This document shows positions 1 through 9,964 of a stretch of 64,000 nucleotides of DNA, piece after piece (the stretch's first letter is position 1; each line of letters opens with the position of its first letter). The notes under the pieces are model-generated. The model was not told the DNA's origin. It saw only the letters and a list, made by a program, of their open reading frames with translations, and did no database searches. The stretch comes from Obrimoposthia wandeli (taxonomy: Eukaryota). The translations under genes were made by a program, and so were the position numbers. Location: NCBI GenBank assembly GCA_977020255.1, contig CDROCS010001674.1, positions 124,001 to 188,000 of the forward strand. The letters run 5' to 3'.

Positions 1-195
1 GAACGCGCTCGTGGTCGTGGCGAGCTAGATCGTATTGAAAAAATGAATGTTGATTTCTTCCATAGAGCACGTGCACGTTTCCTTGAACTATCAGAAAATA
101 ATCCTAAAGTGATCATTATTGATGCTAGTCAGTCGTTAGATAATGTAACGAGCGATCTGAAACAAGCATTAAATCAATGGTTGGAGAAGCAATAG
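1..195 (+). CDS. tmk: Thymidylate kinase, C-terminal fragment (runs off window start)
   Basis: Frame 1 reads ERARGRGELDRIEKMNVDFFHRARARF...WLEKQ*, stop TAG 193-195 abutting holB ATG; conserved tmk-holB-tatD-ptsG order. Confidence 0.9.
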   Translation, partial: ERARGRGELDRIEKMNVDFFHRARARFLELSENNPKVIIIDASQSLDNVTSDLKQALNQWLEKQ

Positions 196-1173
196 ATGCT
201 CTATCCCTGGCATGAAACGCTATGGCAAAGTTGGCAGCAGCTGCTAATTCAGGGGCGCTTGCACCATGCAATTTTATTGCTTGCAGCAAAAGGTACTGGA
301 CGAGAGGTTTTAGGGCGGCAATTAGCGAAAACGGTGCTTTGTCGTAACTGTGACTCTGAACCTTGTGGTGTTTGCCACAGTTGTAAATTGTTTGCTGCAG
401 GAACGCATCCTGATTTTCACCTTATTCAACCTGAGCAAGAAGGGAAACAGATTGGTGTCGACGCTGTTAGGCAGTGTAACCGCTGGGCAATGGAAACATC
501 TCAGCTGGCAGGGCAACGCGTTATCATGATTGATTGTGCCGATTCAATGGGTGAAGCGGGTTCTAACGCCATCTTGAAAACATTGGAAGAGCCGCCATCA
601 GGGTGTCAGTTTATTTTAACGGCACAATCGTTGGATAGTTTATTACCGACGATTGTCAGTCGTTGTAATAAATGGCGTATGGAAACCCCCGATGAGCAAT
701 TTGTGAAGCAGTGGGTTGAAAAGCAGTTAATGCAAACGATCAAGATTGAATCTATTCGGTTAAATGCGTGCGCACCGTTAGCGACACAGCAGTTTATTGA
801 GCAAGGGATGGACATTCGCCATAATAATTTGAATGAAGCATTTGTTGCTTTTTTACAGCCTCCGCATACTGGCATTTATGATGTCGTATCATTGTGTACC
901 AGTGAAGGCATCGTCAGTATGAAGTGGTTAAGCTACTTTCTTGTTGACTGTATTAAGTTTCAACAAGGTGTTACTGGTTATTTAACGCATAGTGAATCTA
1001 TCGACAAGATTCAATCAGTAGCACAAGCTGTCCCTTCTACTATTCTGATACAACAGGTTCGGAAAATTAACGAACTACATCGAAAGTTAGAGAAGCACAG
1101 CGGCTTGAATATTGAATTACTCATTGTTGAGTGGTTAACTGGATTTATTGGAGGAAATAATCGTGTTAGTTGA
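196..1173 (+). CDS. holB: DNA polymerase III delta' subunit
   Basis: MLYPW start, Zn motif CxxC...CGVCHSC, HPDFH, NAILKTLEEPP, LLPTIVSRC. Confidence 0.95.
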   Translation: MLYPWHETLWQSWQQLLIQGRLHHAILLLAAKGTGREVLGRQLAKTVLCRNCDSEPCGVCHSCKLFAAGTHPDFHLIQPEQEGKQIGVDAVRQCNRWAMETSQLAGQRVIMIDCADSMGEAGSNAILKTLEEPPSGCQFILTAQSLDSLLPTIVSRCNKWRMETPDEQFVKQWVEKQLMQTIKIESIRLNACAPLATQQFIEQGMDIRHNNLNEAFVAFLQPPHTGIYDVVSLCTSEGIVSMKWLSYFLVDCIKFQQGVTGYLTHSESIDKIQSVAQAVPSTILIQQVRKINELHRKLEKHSGLNIELLIVEWLTGFIGGNNRVS

Positions 1174-1939
1174 TTCACATTGTCACCTGGACAAATTAGA
1201 CTACGAACAACTTCATACAGGCATTGATGATGTGTTAGCTAAAGCTAAAGATCGTGGTGTAGAGTACTTTTTATCGGTTGGCGTTACGCTGAAAAGTTTT
1301 CCAGCAATGATGGAAATGATTGAACCTCATAGTAATGTTTTTGCGTCATGTGGTGTTCACCCCCTCGATATTGAAGAAGGGTTTAATTTCGAACAATTGA
1401 AAGCATTTGCTCAGCACGAACGCGTCGTTGCAATTGGTGAAACGGGGCTAGATTACCATTATCAACCTGAATTGGCAGAGCAGCAGCAAGACATATTTCG
1501 TGAGCATGTGCGTTTAGCGGTTGAATTGAATAAACCACTTATCATTCATACCCGCATGGCACGTGAAGATACAATGCGAATTTTACGAGAAGAAGGCGCA
1601 GAAAAGTGCGGTGGTGTTTTGCATTGTTTCACTGAAAGCCTTGAAATGGCACAAGAAGCGATTGAGCTTGGCTTTTATATCTCGATATCGGGCATTGTAA
1701 CGTTCAATAAAGCGAGTGAGCTTAAAAATGTAGTCAGTAGTTTGCCATTAGAACGTTTATTGGTTGAAACGGACTCACCTTACCTTGCTCCAAGCCCTTA
1801 TCGTGGAAAGCAGAACCAGCCTGCTTATGTTCGTGAAGTTGCACAATATATCGCGTTATTAAAAGGAGTATCTGTCGAAGAAGTTGAAAAAGTCACGACG
1901 AATAACTTCTTTAATCTTTTTTCGCGAGCCGAACGCTAA
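1163..1939 (+). CDS. ycfH: TatD-family metal-dependent DNase (YcfH)
   Basis: VDSHCHLD, AIGETGLDY, IIHTR, LHCFT, ETDSPYLAP; GTG 1163 follows GGAGG (ORF track starts 1148). Confidence 0.9.
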   Translation: MLVDSHCHLDKLDYEQLHTGIDDVLAKAKDRGVEYFLSVGVTLKSFPAMMEMIEPHSNVFASCGVHPLDIEEGFNFEQLKAFAQHERVVAIGETGLDYHYQPELAEQQQDIFREHVRLAVELNKPLIIHTRMAREDTMRILREEGAEKCGGVLHCFTESLEMAQEAIELGFYISISGIVTFNKASELKNVVSSLPLERLLVETDSPYLAPSPYRGKQNQPAYVREVAQYIALLKGVSVEEVEKVTTNNFFNLFSRAER

Positions 1940-1946
1940 ATTTTAT

Positions 1947-1974
1947 AAAAATGGAGCTTTAAGCTCCATTTTTT
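1947..1974 (+). terminator. Intrinsic terminator after ycfH
   Basis: AAAAATGGAGCT-TTA-AGCTCCATTTTTT. Confidence 0.8.
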
Positions 1975-2398
1975 AATGATTGTAGTGCGTTGCTTTGAGA
2001 GTTAATTGATTAATTCAGCATTTAGACTACAAACAGTCCTTTTTCGGACTTAATAGTCAAAAAGTATCTTCGTTACATAAAATAACATGAATTACAAAAC
2101 TGAAAATATATTACATCTTTTGAGTTGTCTTTTTTTTGTTATATTTCCCTTGTTATTCATTAAGTTACAATCTTTGTTGTTTGTTTTTTGTATTAACTCT
2201 TATTGTGATCGGTACTTGATTTTGAAATTAAATTTCATGCTGCATTGGTATTCCTAATTGCCATCAAGTTATATTTAGCACTGCATTTTTTACTAAGTGC
2301 CGAAAGAAAAAGAAAGTGGTGCTAGCATTATGGCTACGGGGGTATGTCGCTTGCACCCATTTGAAATCTAATTAAAACATCCCACTCAGGAGCACAAT

Positions 2399-3832
2399 AT
2401 GTTTAAGAATCTTTTTGCTAGCCTGCAAAAAGTCGGTAAGGCGCTAATGCTGCCTGTATCGGTTTTGCCGGTAGCAGGTATTCTATTAGGAGTTGGCGCA
2501 GCAAACTTTAGCTGGTTACCCGACGTAGTTTCACAAATTATGGAACAAGCGGGTGGTTCTGTATTTGGTCAAATGCCACTACTATTCGCAGTAGGTGTTG
2601 CACTTGGTTTTACAAACAACGATGGTGTTGCTGGTCTAGCGGCTATTGTTGGTTACGGTATCATGGCTGCTACTCTGAAGGTTATGGCTAACCTGATGGG
2701 TCTTGAAAACATCGAAACAGGCGTACTTGGCGGTATTCTTGTTGGTGGTGTTGCGGCGTGGGCATTTAACCGCTTCTTCCGTATTCAACTTCCTGAGTAC
2801 CTAGGCTTCTTTGCTGGTAAGCGTTTTGTTCCGATCATGACAGGTTTCTGCTCTATCGGTCTTGCGATTATTCTTTCTGTTATTTGGCCTCCAATTGGCG
2901 GCGCAATTGGCGCATTCTCTGATTGGGCTGCACACCAGAATCCAACATTAGCATTCGGCATTTACGGTGTTGTTGAGCGTTCTCTAATCCCATTTGGTTT
3001 ACACCATGTTTGGAACGTCCCATTCTTCTTCGAAGCGGGTAGCTGTGTAAACGCAGCGGGTGAAGCACGTACAGGTGTTCTAACTTGTTACTTAGAAGCA
3101 AATGAAGCAACTCGTCTTGCTGGTAACGGTTTCGGTCAGCTAGCTGGCGGTTACATGTTCAAGATGTTTGGTCTTCCTGCTGCAGCAATCGCAATCTGGC
3201 ATTCAGCTAAGCCTGAAAACCGTGCGAAAGTTGGTGGTATCATGATTTCAGCTGCGCTGACTTCATTCTTAACAGGTATTACTGAACCAATCGAATTCTC
3301 ATTCATGTTTGTTGCTCCTGTACTTTACGTAATCCACGCTTTCCTTGCGGGTTCTGCGTTCGTAATGACAAATATGCTGGGTATGGTACACGGTACCTCT
3401 TTCTCTCACGGTTTCATTGATTTCGTTGTTCTTTCTGCTAACGCTCAAAAGCTATGGTTATTCCCTGTCATGGGTCTAATTTATGCTGCAATCTACTACG
3501 TAGTATTCCGCGTAGTTATTGCTAAGCTAGACTTGAAAACGCCTGGTCGTGAAGACGAAGAAGAAGGTGAAGCTGTCGTTGTTGGCGCTGGTTCAGAGAT
3601 GGCTAAAGAATTAGTTCTCGCATTTGGTGGTAAAGATAACATCACTAACCTTGATGCATGTATTACACGTCTACGTGTATCTGTAGCAAGCATTGAGAAT
3701 GTTGACCAAGATCGTCTTAAGAAGCTTGGTGCAGCAGGTGTTGTTATCGCAGGTAGTGGTGTTCAAGCTATCTTCGGTACTAAGTCTGACAACCTAAAAT
3801 CTGATATGGATGAGTGGATTCGTAATAACTAA
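2399..3832 (+). CDS. ptsG: PTS glucose-specific EIICB
   Basis: [40 protein letters not shown] linker, [12 protein letters not shown]. Confidence 0.97.
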   Translation: MFKNLFASLQKVGKALMLPVSVLPVAGILLGVGAANFSWLPDVVSQIMEQAGGSVFGQMPLLFAVGVALGFTNNDGVAGLAAIVGYGIMAATLKVMANLMGLENIETGVLGGILVGGVAAWAFNRFFRIQLPEYLGFFAGKRFVPIMTGFCSIGLAIILSVIWPPIGGAIGAFSDWAAHQNPTLAFGIYGVVERSLIPFGLHHVWNVPFFFEAGSCVNAAGEARTGVLTCYLEANEATRLAGNGFGQLAGGYMFKMFGLPAAAIAIWHSAKPENRAKVGGIMISAALTSFLTGITEPIEFSFMFVAPVLYVIHAFLAGSAFVMTNMLGMVHGTSFSHGFIDFVVLSANAQKLWLFPVMGLIYAAIYYVVFRVVIAKLDLKTPGREDEEEGEAVVVGAGSEMAKELVLAFGGKDNITNLDACITRLRVSVASIENVDQDRLKKLGAAGVVIAGSGVQAIFGTKSDNLKSDMDEWIRNN

Positions 3833-3855
3833 TACGGATCACTAAATCTATAAAT

Positions 3856-3883
3856 AAAAGGGAAGCTTCGGCTTCCCTTTTTT
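3856..3883 (+). terminator. Intrinsic terminator after ptsG
   Basis: AAAAGGGAAGC-TTCG-GCTTCCCTTTTTT (UUCG loop). Confidence 0.9.
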
Positions 3884-3915
3884 GATCCTGCTATATCGTG
3901 CTAATTTTGTACGCT

Positions 3916-4064
3916 TACACCCAAGTCGCCTCAAGATACTCGTTTCAGCGAGAATTTATTGGGCTTTAGGCTGCGCGAATTTATAGGCATGGCGCGGCTC
4001 TACGTTGAAAATTATCAACGTCGTATAGAACCCAATAAAACTCGCTCTAGAAGGGATCAACGTG
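3916..4064. repeat. Family-2 MITE-like repeat, left end plus internal hairpins, right end missing
   Basis: TACACCCAAGTCGCCTCAAGAT matches ends of copies at 35938 and 58363; internal inverted repeats 3947-3963/4031-4046 and 4002-4008/4015-4021. Confidence 0.65.
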
Positions 4065-4077
4065 TCTTTTTTTGTGT

Positions 4078-4128
4078 TATACCATTCTGTATAAGTAAAT
4101 GGTCAGATACTTGTCTAGATTGGTATTA
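4078..4128 (-). repeat. Family-1 MITE-like repeat, 51-bp ends-only derivative
   Basis: Reverse complement TAATACCAATCTAGACAAGTATCTGACCATTTACTTATACAGAATGGTATA = left and right ends of the 15817-15981 copy joined. Confidence 0.8.
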
Positions 4129-4201
4129 AATGTGTTTGAAAGGGAGTGCGATAAGGTTGATATGCTGATTAGGTTATTCTTCTTGATGGTATCAGAGAAA
4201 T

Positions 4202-4227
4202 AAAAAAGGCCATTGAGGTGGCCTTTC
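4202..4227 (-). terminator. Intrinsic terminator after lysO
   Basis: Minus strand GAAAGGCCAC-CTCAA-TGGCCTTTTTT. Confidence 0.7.
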
Positions 4228-4319
4228 TAGTCATGCGAATGAGGCAATATTATGGAATGTATAGCAATTTCATCGTCAAAGTAACACATGCACACATGTG
4301 CTACAGAGTCTGTGTAAGG

Positions 4320-5219
4320 CTACAGCGAGATAAAGAACAGCATAAGCACTGGAACGAGCAAGCTAAGAATAAAGCCGCTTACGATTGCAATAGGGACACA
4401 TTTTATGCCGCCACAGTTTTGTATTACGGGTAGCGTGAAATCCATCGCGGTCGCACCTGCGTAGCCAATAGCTGTACTAGGGTAACGTTGAATGATTAAT
4501 GGAATTAAGCTCAGCGCAATGAGTTCACGCATTAATTCATTTAAGAAAGCCGCGCCACCATAGATAGGACCAAGCCCATCCCCCATCAATATGCCTGCTA
4601 ATGAATACCACCCAAACCCCGAGGCCATAGCCAAGCCATGTGTTATAGGGATATCCAATATTAAGGCTGCAATAATACCGCCAGGAAGGGATGTGCCAAT
4701 AACAACAAGAGCAATGATAATCCCTTTCTTATTCAGCAGAATCTGGCGTAATGTCATGCCACTATTTCGTAATTGAATGCCAATCAAAAAGAGCAATAAA
4801 AGCAGAATAATTTCACTTGCTTGATCAACCCAAGAAAGATCAAAGCCAAGCGCAACCCCTACAACTAAGCCGCCAGCCACTACAAGTACAAGTTTAACCG
4901 ATTCCATGATCATTTTACCTAATGGAAGCTGACGATGGTCATGGGCTGTGTTGGTGGGCCATAATTTATCGAGCAATGGCAATGCGGCAAGATTACAGAC
5001 GCTGATGGAGGTGAAAAAAGTGGCGGTGTAGAGAAGAATTTGGCTTAAATTCTGCCCAAGGTTATCTAGCCCGGCAAGGCTTAAGCCCATCAATGCCAGA
5101 ATAACTAATACAAGTCTGCTAGTTTGGGTATTTATAAATTCAAGTACAGATGTTTTATGTACTGGTATTAAATAACCGATTATTAGCGGCAGGAAGATGA
5201 AAAGCATCCCAGAGAACAT
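4320..5219 (-). CDS. lysO: Lysine exporter LysO (YbjE) family
   Basis: Hydrophobic ~300 aa, SGFGWYSLAGI, GGATAMD-like AGATAMDFTLP motif; ORF track start 5225. Confidence 0.85.
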   Translation of the reverse strand: MFSGMLFIFLPLIIGYLIPVHKTSVLEFINTQTSRLVLVILALMGLSLAGLDNLGQNLSQILLYTATFFTSISVCNLAALPLLDKLWPTNTAHDHRQLPLGKMIMESVKLVLVVAGGLVVGVALGFDLSWVDQASEIILLLLLFLIGIQLRNSGMTLRQILLNKKGIIIALVVIGTSLPGGIIAALILDIPITHGLAMASGFGWYSLAGILMGDGLGPIYGGAAFLNELMRELIALSLIPLIIQRYPSTAIGYAGATAMDFTLPVIQNCGGIKCVPIAIVSGFILSLLVPVLMLFFISL

Positions 5220-5343
5220 GAGCATCCTTACTTTATGATAAACAGAGATTATTCAATCGTTTTTTAGAACTTAGAAGCTTATCAATTGCTATGTAGGATG
5301 GTCAATCAAAAACAATACGGCGCATACCGTATTATTATAAATA

Positions 5344-6291
5344 TCAATATGTTGTATTGCTATCTAATGATAAGCCACATGCTTTCATGACACTTTGAAG
5401 TTCGGAATTAAAATCCCTGTCTGAAAGATTAGTCAATTCATACATGACTTCTGCACCAGTAAGATCCATCTCGACATGATGTTCTTCAATGGCATCATCA
5501 TTATTTTTAAATAGTAAAAGATGATTAGCCATACGAGCAATGTCCAAATAACTGGTGTTGTCATTATTACAAAAAGGCATTTTTTTATTTGATGAGACTT
5601 CGATATAGTCTTTATCAAACCCCCAATGTTTTAACACAATAGGGCTCGCTTCATTACAACAATGTTGAAAAATATATGTTGCGATATCAAGATCCAAATA
5701 ATTACCGTTGTTTAAGTAATTTTGGTATTCATTAATTAAACCAAATAAACCGATATCTGCTAATAAGCCTACCAATAATGCTTTCTCTGGCTCAAGTTTA
5801 AACGGCTTGGTAGACGTCTTTATAAAGCCTTGGCATATTAAAGCCATGGTACCAGCCAGTTGGCGCGAACGTAAGGCGCTACTTGATAATACGACATTAC
5901 ATTCGTGCTCAAAGCAATGTGTATTATTTTTTAATTCATCAATGGCTTGCGCAGTTGCAATGTCGCGCACTCGCATTATCCCTAAGCGAGATACAGCTGT
6001 CAGTAAATCATGACAAATAACATTGCGTCGGTTGAACATAATCGTGTTTGACGTGCGAATAATAGAAGCGGCTAAGCTTGGATCATCGAGCAAAATATCG
6101 GCAACATCACGAACTGTCGTCTCTTCGTCGTTACAGCGTGTATGAAGTTTTGCTAAAACCTCTGGAATAGGGGGAAGTAAAAGAGTGTTATGCTTTACTG
6201 TCTCTTTTACCAGCGCACAGAATTCAGATTCTAAACCTTTAACTATTTTTTCATTTTCAGCTTTTAGCCAAAAAAAAGATAAATGTGACAT
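5344..6291 (-). CDS. Stand-alone HDOD-domain protein
   Basis: LPPIPEV, DPSLAASII, AVSRLG, GLLADIG, LKHWGF typical of HDOD; start MSHLSFFW at 6291 (track 6303). Confidence 0.8.
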   Translation of the reverse strand: MSHLSFFWLKAENEKIVKGLESEFCALVKETVKHNTLLLPPIPEVLAKLHTRCNDEETTVRDVADILLDDPSLAASIIRTSNTIMFNRRNVICHDLLTAVSRLGIMRVRDIATAQAIDELKNNTHCFEHECNVVLSSSALRSRQLAGTMALICQGFIKTSTKPFKLEPEKALLVGLLADIGLFGLINEYQNYLNNGNYLDLDIATYIFQHCCNEASPIVLKHWGFDKDYIEVSSNKKMPFCNNDNTSYLDIARMANHLLLFKNNDDAIEEHHVEMDLTGAEVMYELTNLSDRDFNSELQSVMKACGLSLDSNTTY

Positions 6292-6417
6292 TATTACAAA
6301 CAAGTAAATATTGATTCTAGTATTTTATCTTGAGTTCTAACGCTTATACAATAAACTTTATTAAAAAAAGAGATGTGAATGTAAGTTTTATTTCTATTTA
6401 TTGTATAATCCATTGTT

Positions 6418-7002
6418 TTACTCATAATACTCATAGTCGAGTAATTTTTTCAAAAAACGAATAGTTAATTTTGTTGTGTCTTGCGTTATTAATAATTGTT
6501 TGTATTTCACATCTATAGGTAGCACCTCTATCCATCGCTGGCATATCCAACTGATATCATTGTATTTAGGGTTGTTATATAAAGCGCCTATCTCTGGCAT
6601 AGACGAGTAAAAAAGTTTCAGTTTTTCTCTTAGACTCGCGTTTGTATCATCTACAGGTACGTATATCCATTCTAGATAAGGTTTAAATTCGCCAATTAAT
6701 AAACCGTCAGGCGCAATCTCAATACTGAGTAATCGGATCTTTTTTATACCTTCAATAGTAATAACGAGCAGACCACCTTCTAGCGCGTTAAAGTCGATTA
6801 TTTTTACGTGAGTAGCAATAGCGGGAATTTTTTTGACGTCTTCAGACTCTTCATTTTCATTAAGCATGCATATAGCAAACCCTTCACCGGAAGAGAGAGA
6901 TTCTTTTACCATGCGGGTATAGCGTTTTTCGGCGACGATAATTTCAAGTCGTCCGCCCGGCAAAACGTGGTTTGATGAAGGTAAAAGTGCAATGCTTGTC
7001 AT
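6418..7002 (-). CDS. Stand-alone Lon protease N-terminal substrate-binding domain protein
   Basis: VLPGGRLEIIVAEKRYTRMV, F(A/G)ICM, WICQRWIEVLP; no AAA+ or protease domain. Confidence 0.75.
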   Translation of the reverse strand: MTSIALLPSSNHVLPGGRLEIIVAEKRYTRMVKESLSSGEGFAICMLNENEESEDVKKIPAIATHVKIIDFNALEGGLLVITIEGIKKIRLLSIEIAPDGLLIGEFKPYLEWIYVPVDDTNASLREKLKLFYSSMPEIGALYNNPKYNDISWICQRWIEVLPIDVKYKQLLITQDTTKLTIRFLKKLLDYEYYE

Positions 7003-7174
7003 CTTATTTCCCTAATTATAATACTATAAACATAGACCTCACTGATAGAAATAACGATAAGAAATAGGTAAAAAAATGAATTTTTTGTGAGGTTATACGC
7101 AAATTTTATGGTCAATTTTTGTCCCTTTTTTCTTATTTTGCGACAAATAATATGCCTCAAATCTCAAAAGCGAG

Positions 7175-7190
7175 TGTTACTTGTTTCATA
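7175..7190. promoter_or_regulatory. Candidate CRP site upstream of tfoX
   Basis: TGTTA-N6-TCATA; weaker second site TGTGA-N6-ACGCA at 7086-7101. Confidence 0.45.
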
Positions 7191-7293
7191 TGTGGAATTT
7201 ATAAATTGGATATGAGAAAGTCAATTTGTTGACGTCGTGATGTGTGGCGTTACTGGAAAATTTAACCATTAGCGCTTAGCCGGAGGACGTACC

Positions 7294-7881
7294 GTGTCAG
7301 CTTTCAAGGAAGGTTATTTAACGTATTTGAACAATTTTGGGTGTCATGAAAAGCGGTCAATGTTTGGCGGTACCGGGGTTTTTATTCATGGCGCTATGTA
7401 TGCAATTTTGACAGACACCACAATGTTTATACGTGGTGGTGGCAAGTTAGATGATAAATTACTTAAGTTAGGTTGTTTGAAGTTTAAACATATTAAAAAA
7501 AGTACCACTGCAACTGTAAATTACTATGATATAACGGAATTGTTTTTACGCGACAAAAATAAATGCCACTCAATTGTTACTGAATCGATTGATTTTTCAC
7601 AAAAAGAGAAGGCGTTCAAAAGCTCTGAAGAGAGTCGACGTCTACGTGATTTACCCAATATGCGTTTAACGCTTGAAAGAATGGTAAAAAAAGCCGGTAT
7701 TCCAGATGTGAACAGCTTTCTTGTGTTAGGTGCTGCTGAAGTCTTCTGTAAAGTACGTAAAACACACGGGGCTGATATTGATATGAAGTTACTTTGGATG
7801 TTTGCTGGTGCTATCAACGGTTGTCATTGGACATTATTGAATGAAGAACATAAAGAAAAGCTTCTGAACGCAATTGAGTGA
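7294..7881 (+). CDS. tfoX: Competence regulator TfoX/Sxy
   Basis: KRSMFGG, TTATVNYYDITEL, SRRLRDLPNM, KLLW.FAGAI match Vibrio TfoX rather than TfoY; lysO-HDOD-tfoX synteny as recalled. Confidence 0.85.
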   Translation: MSAFKEGYLTYLNNFGCHEKRSMFGGTGVFIHGAMYAILTDTTMFIRGGGKLDDKLLKLGCLKFKHIKKSTTATVNYYDITELFLRDKNKCHSIVTESIDFSQKEKAFKSSEESRRLRDLPNMRLTLERMVKKAGIPDVNSFLVLGAAEVFCKVRKTHGADIDMKLLWMFAGAINGCHWTLLNEEHKEKLLNAIE

Positions 7882-7909
7882 TAAGTGAACAGATAAGATG
7901 TGAAATTAC

Positions 7910-7937
7910 AGAGCTACTGATTATCGGTGGCTTTTTT
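7910..7937 (+). terminator. Intrinsic terminator after tfoX
   Basis: AGAGCTACTGAT-T-ATCGGTGGCTTTTTT hairpin with G-U pairs. Confidence 0.6.
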
Positions 7938-7981
7938 ATTTGTTATTATACAGCCTCTTTATTGTGTCATTTTGAGTCATT

Positions 7982-8896
7982 ATGCAACTACCTAAATTAA
8001 CGGGTTCTGTACTTTCTGGGCTTCATTGTTTCCTTATCGCAGCAGATCAAATGAGTTTTACTCGAGCAGCAGAAGTTTTGTGTCTGACACAAAGTGCAGT
8101 TAGCCATAAAATTAAGAACCTTGAAGATAGCCTTGGGGTGAAACTATTTATTCGACAGTCCAGAAAAGTGATACTAACTGATGAAGGTAAACGCCTCAAA
8201 GCCGTTGTTGCCCAAAATTTTGGTGATATAGCACATGAAATTCGTGACCTGAAAACGTTAGAGTTAAGCGGTGATTTTAATGTTTCTGCGCCACCAACAT
8301 TCGCACAAACATGGTTAATGCCACGAATTAAAGGGTTTATTGATAAATACCCTGCATTACGGTTTCATCTTCGTACCCGTAACGATTTGATAGACTTTCA
8401 AACGGAAACATTTGATTGTGCAATTTATTTTGGACATGGTAAATATGCAGGGCTGCATTCAGAAAAGCTAATGGATGAAAGTATGCTTCCGGTATGTACG
8501 CACGAATACGCGCTTAGGTACAATTTGTATGATCGTCCTGATAACTTAGTCACATGTATGTTACTTCATGATGCGGCACCATGGGCAAGGGCGGGACGCA
8601 ATGATGAATGGCAATATTGGGCGCAACGACAAGGGGTAAGGTTGCCAGAAGTTGGCTGTACTTTTGATCGTTCTGATTTAGCGCTGCAAGCGGCTGAAAG
8701 AGGGATTGGTGTTGCGATGGGTAGAATGTCATTTGTCGCAGAGCAATTAGCAAATGAACGTTTAGTGATGCCTTTTAATATGCAGGTGAAATCACCGTTA
8801 AGTTATTACGTAGTCTGCCGGCAAGATATGAAGTCTTCTCCACGAATGAAAGCTTTCCAAGAATGGCTGGCGGATGAAATTACTGGCAATGAATAA
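7982..8896 (+). CDS. LysR regulator, DsdC/GcvA-like
   Basis: SFTRAAEVLCLTQSAVSHKIKNLE HTH, WLMPR, GRMSFV. Confidence 0.9.
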   Translation: MQLPKLTGSVLSGLHCFLIAADQMSFTRAAEVLCLTQSAVSHKIKNLEDSLGVKLFIRQSRKVILTDEGKRLKAVVAQNFGDIAHEIRDLKTLELSGDFNVSAPPTFAQTWLMPRIKGFIDKYPALRFHLRTRNDLIDFQTETFDCAIYFGHGKYAGLHSEKLMDESMLPVCTHEYALRYNLYDRPDNLVTCMLLHDAAPWARAGRNDEWQYWAQRQGVRLPEVGCTFDRSDLALQAAERGIGVAMGRMSFVAEQLANERLVMPFNMQVKSPLSYYVVCRQDMKSSPRMKAFQEWLADEITGNE

Positions 8897-8946
8897 ACGC
8901 GTGTTACCTAAATAGCAATAATTGTTAAGACGGATACGTGCTTAAT

Positions 8947-8971
8947 AAAAAAGTCCTAATATAGGACTTTT
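8947..8971. terminator. Bidirectional terminator
   Basis: AAAAAAGTCCTA-ATA-TAGGACTTTT between convergent genes. Confidence 0.75.
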
Positions 8972-9029
8972 CCAATGGTTATAGCGAGCTCACATATGCG
9001 CTAGCAATGTAATGCGACAAGCATAAACC

Positions 9030-9572
9030 TTAGAACTTAAAGCGTGTTGTCAGCATAACATAGTCACCGTAAGTGTCGTTAAAACGACCTTCAGCACCAA
9101 GTGAAAACAGTTCAGTGGCATGGAAACGACCGTAAACGGATCCGATAACATTATTTTCATCATCGATGCTTGTATGTCCGATTAGACCACCGACTTCAAG
9201 CTGTGGACCAAGCCATTGGCGAACACCAATATTGACTTCCATCCCTGTTTTACCGGCCGAGCTATTGTACTTTTCGTTTTTTACATTACGAAGTTTCAGT
9301 TCACCCGTTACATCAGCCCAGTTATTAATTGGCGCATGAAAACCAACACCAGCTGCAAGGTTCCAATCGTTATCAAATTCAGTATCAATGCTACCAATGA
9401 TGTGTGCATTTGGGTGAATAGAAAGACTGAAACCAGCACCATAAGTTAGTGGGCTGATACCAATACGCGCTTCAGCGTAATCGTAGCTAAAGTTACTCAT
9501 TGTTGATGAATTTGCATGAGCACCTGAAACAGATGCTAACAAGATGCCAGTGGCACAAAGAATTTTACGCAT
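9030..9572 (-). CDS. Small outer-membrane beta-barrel protein
   Basis: Signal peptide MRKILCATGILLASVSGAHA, FSYDY, alternating beta pattern, C-terminal RFKF; track start 9623. Confidence 0.7.
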   Translation of the reverse strand: MRKILCATGILLASVSGAHANSSTMSNFSYDYAEARIGISPLTYGAGFSLSIHPNAHIIGSIDTEFDNDWNLAAGVGFHAPINNWADVTGELKLRNVKNEKYNSSAGKTGMEVNIGVRQWLGPQLEVGGLIGHTSIDDENNVIGSVYGRFHATELFSLGAEGRFNDTYGDYVMLTTRFKF

Positions 9573-9846
9573 GAAAAGAGGTCCATGGAGCCATAAATAT
9601 AATGGCCTTATTTTAATGGACAAAGATTATCAATAATAGATTATTAATGCATTTAGTTGAAAAAATGACAGGCACAGGGTTAAAAATGCAGCAAAAGTCA
9701 CAAATAAATGTGGCCTATGGCATAATTCACTTTATATACAAATATTCTTGTAGAAATATTTACGACTAGAATGAATAAGATATTGTTATCCGATAATGAA
9801 AGGCTGTGATTTAAATAGCTTGGGTATCAATTGGCATATAAAACGT

Positions 9847-9877
9847 AAAACAGGAAGTAATATCACTTCCTGTTTTT
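9847..9877. terminator. Terminator after ldhA
   Basis: AAAACAGGAAGT-AATATC-ACTTCCTGTTTT, 12-bp stem. Confidence 0.75.
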
Positions 9878-9964
9878 ATGTGCCCAAGTGAGTTCAGGTA
9901 CTTGCTGAGGTTACGCTGAATTCTAGATTTTGAGTTCGTAGATTAATCGTACCAATGTATATGT

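Noticed and set aside
1975-2398. Mlc/NagC operator and CRP site upstream of ptsG
   Set aside because: Expected biologically, but I could not place a convincing match by eye in very AT-rich sequence
6270-6277. A8 tract near the HDOD 5' end as a phase-variation switch
   Set aside because: Short, in frame and expected in AT-rich DNA (encodes FF); needs population data
7003-7293. c-di-GMP-I riboswitch as found upstream of Vibrio tfoY
   Set aside because: No GGCAAA/GAAA-type P1-P2 motif visible and the protein matches TfoX, not TfoY
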